DNA from: a bacterium
GTDB lineage: Bacteria > UBA10199 > 2-02-FULL-50-16 > JAJFLM01
Direction of reading: 5' to 3'
DNA: 64,000 nucleotides
Assembly: GCA_965216315.1 (NCBI GenBank)
Contig: CBDCFN010000016.1
Span: forward strand, 1,696,001 to 1,760,000
The position numbers and the translations under genes are program-made. Under the pieces are notes generated by a model. The model made no database searches, had not been told where the DNA came from, and saw only the letters and a program-made list of their open reading frames with translations. This document shows positions 14,297 through 24,619 of the stretch, piece by piece. How positions within the stretch are numbered: position 1 is the first letter of the stretch; every line of letters starts with the position of its first letter.

Positions 14297-14438
14297 AAAT
14301 TCATTAACTGGTTGCCTTAGATCGCTTCCTTGCAACGCTCCTCTTCGCCCAAAGGCGAATCGACAGCAGGAAGTTTTCTGCAGCGTTTGATCTATCTAAT
14401 TTGCGCAATCTCTATTCTACTCAAAGAACGCTGTTCAG

Positions 14439-14450
14439 TTTTCAAAGAGC
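14439..14450 (-). promoter_or_regulatory. rrn leader boxA antitermination site
   Basis: GCTCTTTGAAAA; a second boxA-like GTTCTTTGACAA lies at 11976..11987 before 23S. Confidence 0.7.
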
Positions 14451-14533
14451 GTAATGGACCCTCGTGGCCCTCGAAAAAGCACTTACCAATTGGCAATAAC
14501 TCGCCGCGCCCTAAGGACTTAGAGCGAACGGGG

Positions 14534-14562
14534 GTCATAACAGGGCCCCTATAGCCTGTCAA
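14534..14562 (-). promoter_or_regulatory. Candidate rrn proximal sigma70 promoter
   Basis: TTGACA-N17-TATGAC with a TG extended -10 element. Confidence 0.5.
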
Positions 14563-14602
14563 CTGGCTTTTACTGAAAGAAAAAACTAATGATTTAAAGA
14601 AC

Positions 14603-14611
14603 TTATCCACA
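14603..14611 (+). promoter_or_regulatory. Consensus DnaA box
   Basis: TTATCCACA between the two candidate rrn promoters. Confidence 0.45.
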
Positions 14612-14638
14612 GCCGCTCATTCGCTGCTTCAATATGAA

Positions 14639-14666
14639 ATGATAGACTTTTCCCCTTAAATGTCAA
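14639..14666 (-). promoter_or_regulatory. Candidate rrn distal sigma70 promoter
   Basis: TTGACA-N16-TATCAT. Confidence 0.65.
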
Positions 14667-14689
14667 GGGCTTAGAGGCCATTCCGATGA
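14664..14689 (+). promoter_or_regulatory. Candidate sigma28-like promoter CAAG-N15-CCGATGA
   Basis: Variant of the recurring motif upstream of 14806; overlaps the divergent rrn -35. Confidence 0.4.
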
Positions 14690-14805
14690 CTAGAGTATAC
14701 GGATTCTGCTCTGGAGCCGGGTTTTATTTTTACATTCCCGAAAGGCACCGTTACCATTGAAGCCGCAACCACAAGCATCCACTCATCGATTCACGGGGAG
14801 GAATC

Positions 14806-16887
14806 ATGGCTCTGATCAACCTATCTCTTAAACTTTTGATCGTCACAACATTATTGAGCATCGCAGCGCCCGTCCATGCGGCAACATTTACCGTTACCAA
14901 GACAGACGATACAGCCGACGGCACCTGCGACGATGATTGTTCCCTGCGCGAAGCCATCGACGAGGCCAATACGAATCTAGGTAGCGACGTCATTGAACTC
15001 CCGAGCGGAACCATCATGCTAACGCTAGAAGGACCGGGTGATGATACGAACGCCACCGGTGATCTGGACATTACCGAAAGCGTTACAATCAACGGCCACA
15101 GCGATGGAAGCATAATTGATGGAGGTAACGACACTCTCGCCAGTCCGGATCGCATCTTCCAAATCAACGCCGGTAAGTTCACACTCAACAATATTACCGT
15201 ACAAAATGGTAATGCCGGAGGAGAACCCGGCGGGGCTATTCTCAGCGCTTCGCCAAGCAACATAGTCATTAGTGATTCCGCAATTCTTGACAGCGTAACG
15301 ACATCCGCCGGCGGAGGTATCGCGTCGGGCAATGCCGCCGCCCAAATGACAATCACCAATACGACATTTGAACGAAATGAAGCCGGTAACGGCGGTGGTG
15401 CATTCGCCTGCAACTGCAATTCGCTTACTATGACGGGTGGTGCAGTGAATGAAAATAAAGTAACCGGAGGTAACGGGGGCGGAATCGCCTTACAAGGCAC
15501 AGGCAATTTAAGCATCTCCGAAACAAGTTTCGACGCAAACGAGACCGCATCCCTCGGCGGTGCTATTTGGGCACAAGTCCAAGGCTCTATGACTCTCTCG
15601 GGAATCATGCTTACCAATAACAAGGCAACCGCCGATGTCGGAGGAGCTGCCCTACAATCTGCCGGTGATATAGAAATCAGTGATTCCACCTTCGATGGCA
15701 ATGAATCAATGACAGGCAACGCGGGAGGGCTTAGCGCCAGTACCACTTCATTGCTGATTCTCGCTGACGTACACGTGACCAACAATACAGCCAACGTCGC
15801 CGCCGGTGGATTGTTCGCGCAAGCCGCCAATATCGAGATGGCCGGCGGAGAAATTTCAGGAAACGAGGCCACGGTGGGTATGATCGGCGGCGCGGCTTTT
15901 CTCAGTCCCGGTACCGCCGTCATCCGCGATGCGAGCATCGCGAACAACATCGCCGCAGCCGATACCGGAGGGGCCACGCTTCAAGTCACGACGGCTGCTG
16001 TCGTCGAGAATAGTACGATCAGCGGCAATACCTCGGGAAATGATGTCGGCGGCCTACTGATCAATTCAACCCTGTCTTTAGTAACCAATAGCACGATCAG
16101 CAACAACACCGCTACCAATGCGGTCGGGGGCCTGATTGTGACGGGCGGTCCCGGTACGCTGACGAATGTCACGATCGACGGTAATTCAGCGGCTGCAAAC
16201 ATGGGGGGCGGCCTTTACGCCAATTCGGCTGTTGAGCTCATCAATACGATTATCTCCAACAGTCCCAGCGGGGATGACTGCGCGGTAGGTGGTGGTTCCA
16301 TCACCTCACTCGGAAATAACCTCGATACGGATAATACCTGCAACTTGACCGAAGGAACGGATATTCCGAGTGGGAACCCCAATCTCGATACGCTCGCTGA
16401 CAACGGCGGACCCACCCAAACCCATGCCCTTTTAGCTGGCAGTGATGCCATCGACGCGGGTGACAACGCGGCGTGCCCCGACTTCGATCAGAGAGGTTTC
16501 GGAAGACCGACCGACGGTGATGACGATGGTACCGCCAACTGTGACATCGGCGCGTACGAAATCGATCGCTGCGGCGATGGCCTCGTTAACGATCCGGAAA
16601 TCTGCGACGACGGCAACAACGATGATGGCGACGGCTGTTCAGCCGATTGCACATCTGATGAAACGTGTGGCAACGGAATTGTTGATGCCAATGAATCATG
16701 TGATGATGGGAATACCGACGATGGTGATGGTTGCAGTGCAGACTGTTTATCGGATGAAAGCTGCGGCAACGGCGTCGTCGATGCGGTAACGGCAGAAGAA
16801 TGCGACGACGGCAACGCTGACGATGGTGATGGCTGTAGCGCAACGTGTACAAATGAAGGCGGCGGTGGCTGTTCGTTGATACGCTAG
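14806..16887 (+). CDS. Secreted CSLREA / beta-helix (GGAI-repeat) / choice-of-anchor-Q-like protein with Myxococcus Cys-rich repeats and C-terminal GGGGCSLIR
   Basis: Signal peptide, [10 protein letters not shown](A/G)I repeats, [14 protein letters not shown]…DQRG…CDIGAYE, three CDDGN…DGDGCS repeats. Confidence 0.9.
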   Translation: MALINLSLKLLIVTTLLSIAAPVHAATFTVTKTDDTADGTCDDDCSLREAIDEANTNLGSDVIELPSGTIMLTLEGPGDDTNATGDLDITESVTINGHSDGSIIDGGNDTLASPDRIFQINAGKFTLNNITVQNGNAGGEPGGAILSASPSNIVISDSAILDSVTTSAGGGIASGNAAAQMTITNTTFERNEAGNGGGAFACNCNSLTMTGGAVNENKVTGGNGGGIALQGTGNLSISETSFDANETASLGGAIWAQVQGSMTLSGIMLTNNKATADVGGAALQSAGDIEISDSTFDGNESMTGNAGGLSASTTSLLILADVHVTNNTANVAAGGLFAQAANIEMAGGEISGNEATVGMIGGAAFLSPGTAVIRDASIANNIAAADTGGATLQVTTAAVVENSTISGNTSGNDVGGLLINSTLSLVTNSTISNNTATNAVGGLIVTGGPGTLTNVTIDGNSAAANMGGGLYANSAVELINTIISNSPSGDDCAVGGGSITSLGNNLDTDNTCNLTEGTDIPSGNPNLDTLADNGGPTQTHALLAGSDAIDAGDNAACPDFDQRGFGRPTDGDDDGTANCDIGAYEIDRCGDGLVNDPEICDDGNNDDGDGCSADCTSDETCGNGIVDANESCDDGNTDDGDGCSADCLSDESCGNGVVDAVTAEECDDGNADDGDGCSATCTNEGGGGCSLIR

Positions 16888-16977
16888 AGTCTTATTTGAT
16901 AGAACTCAGTTGACGTGAACCGTCATATTTAGGACATAAAGGATCCATGCCATATTAACGTCACGAGGGAGGTTATC

Positions 16978-19900
16978 ATGCGAACTCACCGTAATTTTCG
17001 TAATGTCGCGTATATCATAGCTATACTGCTGAGTCTGAGTGACAGTACGGTAGTTCATGCCGCCGACTTTAATGTGACTAATTCCGACGATACGGCTAGC
17101 GATGGCGTCTGCGATAGCGACTGTACGCTGCGTGACGCTGTAGATGAGGCCAACTCGGCTGGAGGCACGGACAATATTTTTCTTCCTCAAGGCAATTATC
17201 TCCTCAATATCGACACGAACGCTGCCGGAGACGACGCCAACGCCAAAGGCGACTTAGACATCACCGAATCAGTCAATATTATCGGGGATGGCCGGGATGT
17301 GACAACGATCGATGGAGGTAATGGGCTTTTAGCCACACCGGACCGCATCTTCCATATCGATCCAGGTGCAGCGGTCACGGGAGTAGATGTCTCCATTTCG
17401 GGAGTGACGCTCCAGTTCGGTAACGCCACTGGCAGCAATGGTGGCGCTATATTTGACGAAGGTGACGGCGCCTTATCGATCAGCAATGCAAAAATTCAAA
17501 TGAACAATGCTCCAGGACTTGGTGGGGGCATTTATAAGGCGACCTCCAATAAATTGATGAAGGTTGAAGGAAGTATCATCTCGATGAATCAGGCCAGCGC
17601 CGGCGCTGGCGGTCTCTTTTCAGCAAGTGAACCACTGGAGATAAGTGAAAGTACAATCAGTGACAACGTCACGTCAGGTTCGGGCGGTGGTCTCTACCAC
17701 GCTGGAGCCGGCTTGGATTCAGTCACGATCACAAACACCACGATAGACGAAAATACCGGTGGCGGTATCTTTGAGACAGGGTCAGTAGATCTTACGATCA
17801 CCGGCGGTTCGATAAGTGGCAACCATAATGGGCCGGGAGGTGGCATATTTGCAACTATTACCGGGGCAATCAATATCACTGATTGTCAGATAAATAACAA
17901 TGCCACGACGGGCCCAGGCGGCGGCGTCTTTCATGCTGGGGGCACCGACTTCACGATCGACGGCGGTTCGGTCAGCGGCAATCAATCGAGCGGCGGGGGC
18001 GGTATCTACGCGGCGGGTTCGGGCTTCTTCAAGGCCAGCAGCTCCGTCGTCGTCGATAACAACGATGCCGGGCCAGGACCCGGTGGCGGTATCCTTCACG
18101 CTGGGGGCACCGACTTCACGATCGACGGCGGTTCGGTCAGCGGCAATCAATCGAGCGGCGGGGGCGGTATCTACGCGGCGGGTTCGGGCTTCTTCAAGGC
18201 CAGCAGCTCCGTCGTCGTCGACAACAACGAGGCCGGACCTGGACCCGGTGGCGGTATCCTTCACGCTGGGGGCACCGACTTCACGATCGACGGCGGTTCG
18301 GTCAGCGGCAATCAATCGAGCGGCGGGGGCGGTATCTACGCGGCGGGTTCGGGCTTCTTCAAGGCCAGCAGCTCCGTCGTCGTCGACAACAACGAGGCCG
18401 GGCCAGGACCCGGCGGCGGGATCTTTCATGCTGGGGGCACCGACTTCACGATCGACGGCGGTTCGGTCAGTGGCAATCAATCGAGCGGCGGGGGCGGTAT
18501 CTACGCGGCGGGTTCGGGTTTCTTTAAAGCCAGCAGTTCCGTCGTCGTCGACAACAACGAGGCCGGACCTGGACCCGGCGGCGGTATCCTTCACGCCGCG
18601 GGCACCGACTTCACGATCGACGGCGGTTCGGTCAGTGGCAATCAATCGAGCGGCGGGGGCGGTATCTACGCGGCGGGTTCGGGTTTCTTTAAAGCCAGCA
18701 GTTCCGTCGTCGTCGACAACAACGAGGCCGGACCTGGACCCGGCGGCGGTATCCTTCACGCCGCGGGCACCGACTTCACGATCGACGGCGGTTCGGTCAG
18801 CGGCAATCAATCTAACGGTGGCGGTGGTATCTATGCGGTAGGTTCCGGTTCTTTCATGGGTTCCAATCTAGCCGTTCATGACAATGAATCGGCAACAGCT
18901 CCCGGCGGTGGCATTGTATACGGTGGCACTGATCTTACCCTCGAACGGTCATCGATCAATAGGAATTTCAGTGCAAATGCCGAGGGAGGTGGGATCTACT
19001 TTGTTGGTACCGGAGCGCTGAATTTAACTAACAGCACAATCAGCGCAAATTTATCGTCACTCCAAGGTGGCGGCATTTATCACGATAGCGGTGCTGTCAG
19101 TACCATCCTGAATACAACCCTTTACAACAATCGTGGGCCGATGGGTGCACAGATAAGTAATGCGGGCGCTTTTGCAATCGAGATCGAAAATAGTATTCTG
19201 GCAAGCGATGAAGACCTCCCCGCCGACAATTGCGGCGGGGGCGGCACCTTTACCTCACTCGGTCACAACATTGACAGCGGCAGTTCATGTGGCTTTGCAG
19301 GTAGTGGCGATTTATCCGACGAAGATCCCCTCTTAGCCACATTGTCCAGCAATGGCAGTACGACGCTCAGCCATGCGCTCCTGGACGGCAGTCCCGCGAT
19401 TGATAGCGGTGAAAACAGCAACTGCCCCAGCGTGGATCAGCGCGGCGTTGGCCGTCCGGTCGACGGTGACGAAGACGGCAATGCCGATTGCGACATCGGC
19501 GCTTTTGAATTGTCCAACTGCGGTGATGGTGCCATCCAATTCCCTGAAGAATGCGATGATGGCAATGATTCTAACAACGACGACTGCCTCAACAGCTGCT
19601 TTGCAGCAACTTGCGGTGATAACGTGGTCCATGCTGGTATCGAAGAATGTGACGACGGCAACACCGATGATGGCGACGGCTGCAGTTCCACTTGTAGTGA
19701 CGAAGTCGCCGATGACCTAGAAGCAGACAATCCCGATATCGACTTCGGTAATCTAGTTCAGGACACGACGTATGACCTGGAACCTGCCGACCCTCGACCT
19801 GCCGCACTTGTCTTGCAGGCCGCTGAACTGCCCGAAACATGTTCGTGCACCTGGGCCCAAGACGAAAGTTTAGATGGCCAAGGTGAATTCAGTGATACGG

Positions 19901-20052
19901 CGACATGTCTGACGCAGTTTACGCCGCGCAGTTTGGGTGATGGCCAGATGACGGTCGACGCTGACTGTGGAACCGACGGGATACAGACATTTCGTCAGGC
20001 CTTCACGGTCGTTCCCAAATCCGGTGGTGGGGGCTGTTCATTGATTCGCTAA
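16978..20052 (+). CDS. Paralogous CSLREA-type beta-helix surface protein with 55-aa tandem repeats and C-terminal GGGGCSLIR
   Basis: DCTLRDAV, GGGI repeats, HALLDGSPAIDSG…CDIGAFE, CDDGN repeats. Confidence 0.9.
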   Translation: MRTHRNFRNVAYIIAILLSLSDSTVVHAADFNVTNSDDTASDGVCDSDCTLRDAVDEANSAGGTDNIFLPQGNYLLNIDTNAAGDDANAKGDLDITESVNIIGDGRDVTTIDGGNGLLATPDRIFHIDPGAAVTGVDVSISGVTLQFGNATGSNGGAIFDEGDGALSISNAKIQMNNAPGLGGGIYKATSNKLMKVEGSIISMNQASAGAGGLFSASEPLEISESTISDNVTSGSGGGLYHAGAGLDSVTITNTTIDENTGGGIFETGSVDLTITGGSISGNHNGPGGGIFATITGAINITDCQINNNATTGPGGGVFHAGGTDFTIDGGSVSGNQSSGGGGIYAAGSGFFKASSSVVVDNNDAGPGPGGGILHAGGTDFTIDGGSVSGNQSSGGGGIYAAGSGFFKASSSVVVDNNEAGPGPGGGILHAGGTDFTIDGGSVSGNQSSGGGGIYAAGSGFFKASSSVVVDNNEAGPGPGGGIFHAGGTDFTIDGGSVSGNQSSGGGGIYAAGSGFFKASSSVVVDNNEAGPGPGGGILHAAGTDFTIDGGSVSGNQSSGGGGIYAAGSGFFKASSSVVVDNNEAGPGPGGGILHAAGTDFTIDGGSVSGNQSNGGGGIYAVGSGSFMGSNLAVHDNESATAPGGGIVYGGTDLTLERSSINRNFSANAEGGGIYFVGTGALNLTNSTISANLSSLQGGGIYHDSGAVSTILNTTLYNNRGPMGAQISNAGAFAIEIENSILASDEDLPADNCGGGGTFTSLGHNIDSGSSCGFAGSGDLSDEDPLLATLSSNGSTTLSHALLDGSPAIDSGENSNCPSVDQRGVGRPVDGDEDGNADCDIGAFELSNCGDGAIQFPEECDDGNDSNNDDCLNSCFAATCGDNVVHAGIEECDDGNTDDGDGCSSTCSDEVADDLEADNPDIDFGNLVQDTTYDLEPADPRPAALVLQAAELPETCSCTWAQDESLDGQGEFSDTATCLTQFTPRSLGDGQMTVDADCGTDGIQTFRQAFTVVPKSGGGGCSLIR
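17911..18810 (+). repeat. Intragenic 165-bp tandem repeat, 5 full copies plus 1 partial
   Basis: GGCACCGACTTCACG recurs at 17941, 18106, 18271, 18436, 18601 and 18766. Confidence 0.95.
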
Positions 20053-20092
20053 ATCTTGTAAGCTCTTGAGGAAACTGGTAAGGCCTCTGACT

Positions 20093-20887
20093 ATGTCAGA
20101 GGCCTTTCAGTATCTCGTCTACGACATCGAATCGGTTACGAACCGACCCTTACTCAATAAAGTCCTCTATCCCGGTGAGGGCCTGAGCGATAGCGAGGCC
20201 TATGCAAAGCACGTGGCTGAACTTGCCGAAGAAGGCCGCGACTTTATCAATCCGTCGTTTCACAAACCAATTTCCTTAGCCGCCGTCGCGGTGGCCGAAG
20301 ATTTCTCCATCAGTCGCATTGGTCTCTTGGGTGGCGAGGACCGGACGACGGCCAGCATCGTTCATGACTTCTGGGACATCTACAATAAACAACGCCCTAC
20401 CCTCGTTGACTTTAACGGCAAGGGTTTTGACCTGAGACTCTTAGAACTCTGGGCCTTTCAGCTCGGCATCTCCATTCATAAACGTCATTTTGAAAAATTT
20501 GGTACGCGCTATCGCTTCAATGAAGACAATCACATCGATCTTCATGAGTTTTTGAGCAATCACGGCGCTATTCGTTGGCGTGGCGGCCTCGATTTGTTTT
20601 CAAAGCTGCTCGGCAAGCCCGGCAAAATGTCCACCAAGGGTGAGATGGTCCAGGAACTCTATGACGACGGGAAACAGTTTGAGATCGATGATTACTGTCT
20701 CTGTGACGTGATGGATACTTATTTCGTTTTTTTACGGACGCGTGTGATGCTCGGAGCACTAACACTCACACGTGAACAATCTCTCGTCGAGGCCGCTAAA
20801 GAAAAAATCATACAAGAAATGCATAACAAACAATATTTCCGTACCTATTTAGAACACTTTGAAACGTGGCAAGCCGACGACAGCTGA
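20093..20887 (+). CDS. PolB-related 3'-5' exonuclease (DEDDy)
   Basis: YDIES, FNGKGFD, HIDL and YCLCDV exonuclease motifs. Confidence 0.85.
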   Translation: MSEAFQYLVYDIESVTNRPLLNKVLYPGEGLSDSEAYAKHVAELAEEGRDFINPSFHKPISLAAVAVAEDFSISRIGLLGGEDRTTASIVHDFWDIYNKQRPTLVDFNGKGFDLRLLELWAFQLGISIHKRHFEKFGTRYRFNEDNHIDLHEFLSNHGAIRWRGGLDLFSKLLGKPGKMSTKGEMVQELYDDGKQFEIDDYCLCDVMDTYFVFLRTRVMLGALTLTREQSLVEAAKEKIIQEMHNKQYFRTYLEHFETWQADDS

Positions 20888-22336
20888 TTAGCTCTCCGGT
20901 GCAGGAGTCGGGTAACAAGTCGGATATTTATCATCGACATCATTATCCGTCAGTTGAACGGCCGGTTGCGTAAAATCGGCTTTGATGATGTAGATTTCAT
21001 AATCACCATCATGGTTGGAATGAAACATGAGGTACTTGCCGTCATAGGTCCAATCCAGTCCGCCGACATCACCCTCGAAACCGCTTTCCGGCGAATTATG
21101 CGTGGCGGAACAGCTCACTTCCGGATACGAGAGGTCACATATTTCGATGACGTGCTTATAGGGACTGCCATCCGTCAGCCGCCCCCGACGTTGAGAGATG
21201 TAGGCCAAGCGACTCCCATCGGGCGACAACGCCAAATCCGTGAGATCATAGCCCAATGCCTTGCGCAACTCTCTAAGGGTGCGACCGCGAGGAAAAACTT
21301 CCGCTTGAGCCAGCACCATTATCACCGATTCATCTCCCGAGGGTCGGCGCGCAAAGAAATAACGACGACCGTCATCGCCCGCCACGCCCGGAACCGGATC
21401 CGTCCGGCCGACGATAAATTCGTTCATGGCCTGAAAATCCGTGATGATCGCACGGACCGTTCGTGAACTATCCATCGAATAGATGCTACCAAGGTAATCG
21501 AGACGATCCTCAACAACATCCAGCTTAACAAAACTAAGCTGGCCATCCGATGTCCAACTCGGGGCATATCCGTAATAATGTCGGTTCTCGAGGTCTTTTA
21601 TTGCGTTATAAGTGAACGTCGGACTAACCGCGTCCGGATCGTACCAGCCCCAATAAATCCGGCTGGCCGCAGATACAGGTCGACCTGAAAACGTGTTTCG
21701 AAAGGCCAAGGTCCCTTCCCCGTTAAAATCAAGATCCCCGTAAGTCATGCGCTCATCCGCATTCGATGTTAGTTGATCCGTTACCACGCCACGATGAATG
21801 CTATCGAGATCCGAGAAATATATATTTTCTTTATCTTCAATTGTCGTCCCGCCATACGTCGCAGCCCGTTTGGAGACGAACGCAAAACGATAGTTAGTGG
21901 GTATCGTGTAACGCACGCTCGCCACCTCACCGATCAGCTCGACCCCAAAACGACGGCCCACGGCGGCTTCGACTTCAGCACGGCGCCGGGCTTCCATCTC
22001 TTCGGGAGTCAATTCCTCTGTCCCGGCCACCTCCCCGCCTTCATCACCCGTACCGTCACCCGTTCCACTAGGTCTTACTTCTTCAATCAATTCAGGTGCT
22101 GCGGGTTCTTCGCTACCGCCGTCGCCTGTAGGGACCGTCGTATCAGGAGACCCATCACCGACGACGGCCACATCACCAGTGCCACTTTCCGGGGCTCCAG
22201 TAATATCAATCGAACCCACGTCCGGCCCGACATCCTCGGTCGCTTGCGTACACGCAAACGTCATCATTAATAGGATCCCGACGCCGCCACCTAGTACGGC
22301 CCGGGTTAATGAATGAAGTGAATTATTGTGAAACAT
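20888..22336 (-). CDS. Lipoprotein with TolB/PD40-like beta-propeller
   Basis: Lipobox TFAC; PSWTSDG, LSPDGSRLAY, WTYDGKYLMFHSNHDGDYEIY; start at ATG 22336 after GGAGG. Confidence 0.8.
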   Translation of the reverse strand: MFHNNSLHSLTRAVLGGGVGILLMMTFACTQATEDVGPDVGSIDITGAPESGTGDVAVVGDGSPDTTVPTGDGGSEEPAAPELIEEVRPSGTGDGTGDEGGEVAGTEELTPEEMEARRRAEVEAAVGRRFGVELIGEVASVRYTIPTNYRFAFVSKRAATYGGTTIEDKENIYFSDLDSIHRGVVTDQLTSNADERMTYGDLDFNGEGTLAFRNTFSGRPVSAASRIYWGWYDPDAVSPTFTYNAIKDLENRHYYGYAPSWTSDGQLSFVKLDVVEDRLDYLGSIYSMDSSRTVRAIITDFQAMNEFIVGRTDPVPGVAGDDGRRYFFARRPSGDESVIMVLAQAEVFPRGRTLRELRKALGYDLTDLALSPDGSRLAYISQRRGRLTDGSPYKHVIEICDLSYPEVSCSATHNSPESGFEGDVGGLDWTYDGKYLMFHSNHDGDYEIYIIKADFTQPAVQLTDNDVDDKYPTCYPTPAPES

Positions 22337-22396
22337 CCTCGTTACCTCCGTCATCCCCATGACGGCCCAGTCGATTAAGCTATTTCACAATTGAGA

Positions 22397-23047
22397 CTAT
22401 AAACCCTCGATGTCCCAACCATCTCCTGAACCTGGTTCTTCTCCCGAGCCTTCACCGGCACCGTCGCCTGCATTCCCGCTCGGAGCGGCCGCCGGCGCAC
22501 TGCCGCCGGCACTTGAACTGACCGAAAAACCCCAACTGATAACCTGATTTATTGATTCCGGAGTCGTCGCATCTCCCTCCCCAAGTGTCGGTTCCTGACT
22601 GGGAGGCGTGTAAAGCTGAGGGCGGTTTCCGGCGACGCGACCCAGGTACTGACCCGGTTCCAGACCGGACTGCTTCGCGCTATCGATCGCTGCATTGAGT
22701 TCCGGTCCGAATGTCACTGTGCAATCGGTACCGGACACGAGGGGCTGCGTTGGAACAATATTAATCTTGCCCGCCGAGCTGTTATAAACAACATCGATCG
22801 GAACCGGTCCGTCATCGATGCCTTCACCTTGGCAGTCAAAACTGATGTTCTCGGCCGTCACTTTTTGGGCATCGACTTTATAACCCATGGTAATGGCAAT
22901 TTCATCACCAGGATTCAAAACACTGTCTGCAGGTTCCGTCGTCGTCGGCTGGCCCGTATTGAGTCCGCCACTGCCATCGCCTTGGCAGGCGACCACAAAG
23001 AGCACCGCAAATACCGCGACAAAAGGCTTAATGCCGATCTTACTCAC
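22397..23047 (-). CDS. Lipoprotein with Ig-like domain (paralog of 23040..24104)
   Basis: Lipobox VVAC; shares EPTTTEPAD-like and CQGEGIDDGPVPIDV…VTFGPELNA segments; GTG start overlaps the upstream stop. Confidence 0.75.
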   Translation of the reverse strand: MSKIGIKPFVAVFAVLFVVACQGDGSGGLNTGQPTTTEPADSVLNPGDEIAITMGYKVDAQKVTAENISFDCQGEGIDDGPVPIDVVYNSSAGKINIVPTQPLVSGTDCTVTFGPELNAAIDSAKQSGLEPGQYLGRVAGNRPQLYTPPSQEPTLGEGDATTPESINQVISWGFSVSSSAGGSAPAAAPSGNAGDGAGEGSGEEPGSGDGWDIEGL

Positions 23048-24104
23048 CAAGACCTTCCTCCTCAAGATGCTGTTCCCAACTCTTGTCTTCTAGTTTAAGC
23101 GTCAGGCCGCAGTTCTCGGATTTATCCGCATCATCATTTTCGGTATAGGCCTCAACGATGAGATCTGTCTTGCCATCAAACTCTTTCGGCGCATTGACAT
23201 CAACGGTATACCCGGCTTCCAGTAATGGATTCGTCGTTTTCTTCTCAATTGACTCGTCGATCAAATTTTCGCTCCAATGAAAGGAAAGTTCGCCCTTCGT
23301 ACTGTTTTCCCCTTTCAAGGTAAACTTGAGCGGCTGCTCTTTAAAATAAGACTCTTGGACCGGATCGACCGTCACCGCACAGGTCGGCGTCGGCGTCGCT
23401 TCTGCCGGCGGCTCTTCTGCAGGGGGTTCTTCCGCGGGCGGTGCTTCATCACCGCCCCCCAACACCCCTTCACCGACGCCCGGCAGATCGGAATCGCCGC
23501 CACCCGTCGCTGGTGGCGCGCCGGTTGCTGAAGAACTCACGGTAAAATTCCAGGCATAGGCTTGATCACTGACGGCCGGCACTTGGTCAACTCCCGCGGG
23601 CGCGGTCGAAGGTTCCTGTCCCGGTGGTGTATAGACACCGACATAAGGCGTGGCATTTTGATACTCATAGGCGCCACGCGGCGGGCGATTACCACCAACG
23701 CGGCCAAGATATTCTCCCGTCGCCAAGCCCGACTGCTGCGCCTGATTGATCTCTGCATTGAGTTCCGGTCCGAACGTTACGTTACAAGTCGTCCCGGACA
23801 CCAGTGCCTGTTTCGGCACGATATTAATTTTACGCGCAGAACTGTTATAAATAACATCAATAGGAACCGGACCGTCGTCGATGCCTTCACCTTGGCAACT
23901 AAAGGTAATGTTGTCGGCATTGACCTTCTGCGAATCGATACCAAAACCCATCGTCATGGATATCTCATCACCCGGATTGAGCACCTCATCGGCTGGTTCC
24001 GTCGTGGTGGGCTCACCTGTATTGATCCCTAACCCGTCACCGCCACCACCTTGCTCACACGCAATGACACTTAAGATGGAAAGAATTGCGATCAGTAGTT
24101 TCAT
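23040..24104 (-). CDS. Lipoprotein with Ig-like domain and extra C-terminal domain
   Basis: Lipobox VIAC; paralogous to the downstream gene. Confidence 0.8.
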   Translation of the reverse strand: MKLLIAILSILSVIACEQGGGGDGLGINTGEPTTTEPADEVLNPGDEISMTMGFGIDSQKVNADNITFSCQGEGIDDGPVPIDVIYNSSARKINIVPKQALVSGTTCNVTFGPELNAEINQAQQSGLATGEYLGRVGGNRPPRGAYEYQNATPYVGVYTPPGQEPSTAPAGVDQVPAVSDQAYAWNFTVSSSATGAPPATGGGDSDLPGVGEGVLGGGDEAPPAEEPPAEEPPAEATPTPTCAVTVDPVQESYFKEQPLKFTLKGENSTKGELSFHWSENLIDESIEKKTTNPLLEAGYTVDVNAPKEFDGKTDLIVEAYTENDDADKSENCGLTLKLEDKSWEQHLEEEGLGE

Positions 24105-24126
24105 AGCTTCCTCACTTATTGAGTCA

Positions 24127-24609
24127 TTATATCACGGATCCCGGCTTAACAGATATCTTTCCTAAATAGGCCTCAGAAGCCTGAATTGCCTTCTTACAGC
24201 CATTAACGACGTAGTTCTCCGCCGGGGTTTCCTCAGCTATTATCGTCAAATTAAGGTCCCCGAGTTGCGCCGCCGTGGCCAGGGACAAAACACGGTTGGC
24301 AATCTTCTCGCTCTGGGCCGGGACGATTACATAATCGGTTTTCGACGTCGAACTGCAGGTCGTTGAAATAACAAAGCTACTCTTGGTTCCATTGGCCTTA
24401 ATTTTGCCGTTACCATCGCAATAATAATGACCGACATCACTCTCCTTCGCGCTCACGCGAATGTTGTCTACCTTACATACGTAGGTATTACTTTTCACCG
24501 GCGTCGGTTGAAAGATCTCTTTGTCCGGACCCGGTTGGATGGCCATTACACCCTGTGAAATCAGGCCCAGTGTCCCTACCATCAAAAAACCTGTAAATAT
24601 GCGTTTCAT
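24127..24609 (-). CDS. Secreted hypothetical protein
   Basis: AGGAG RBS, signal peptide, four Cys residues. Confidence 0.7.
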   Translation of the reverse strand: MKRIFTGFLMVGTLGLISQGVMAIQPGPDKEIFQPTPVKSNTYVCKVDNIRVSAKESDVGHYYCDGNGKIKANGTKSSFVISTTCSSTSKTDYVIVPAQSEKIANRVLSLATAAQLGDLNLTIIAEETPAENYVVNGCKKAIQASEAYLGKISVKPGSVI

Positions 24610-24619
24610 CCACTCCTCC

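Noticed and set aside
14751..15977. 408-aa antisense ORF
   Set aside because: Mirror frame of the CSLREA gene with no independent motifs
17911..18810. Possible CRISPR array
   Set aside because: Contiguous in-frame coding repeats with no unique spacers and no cas genes
17782..18841. Long repetitive ORFs in alternative frames (17782..18810 -, 17900..18841 +)
   Set aside because: By-products of the 165-bp GC-rich repeat inside the real gene
22368..22393. Additional sigma28-like motif CAAT-N15-TCGACTG
   Set aside because: Too degenerate at both elements to count
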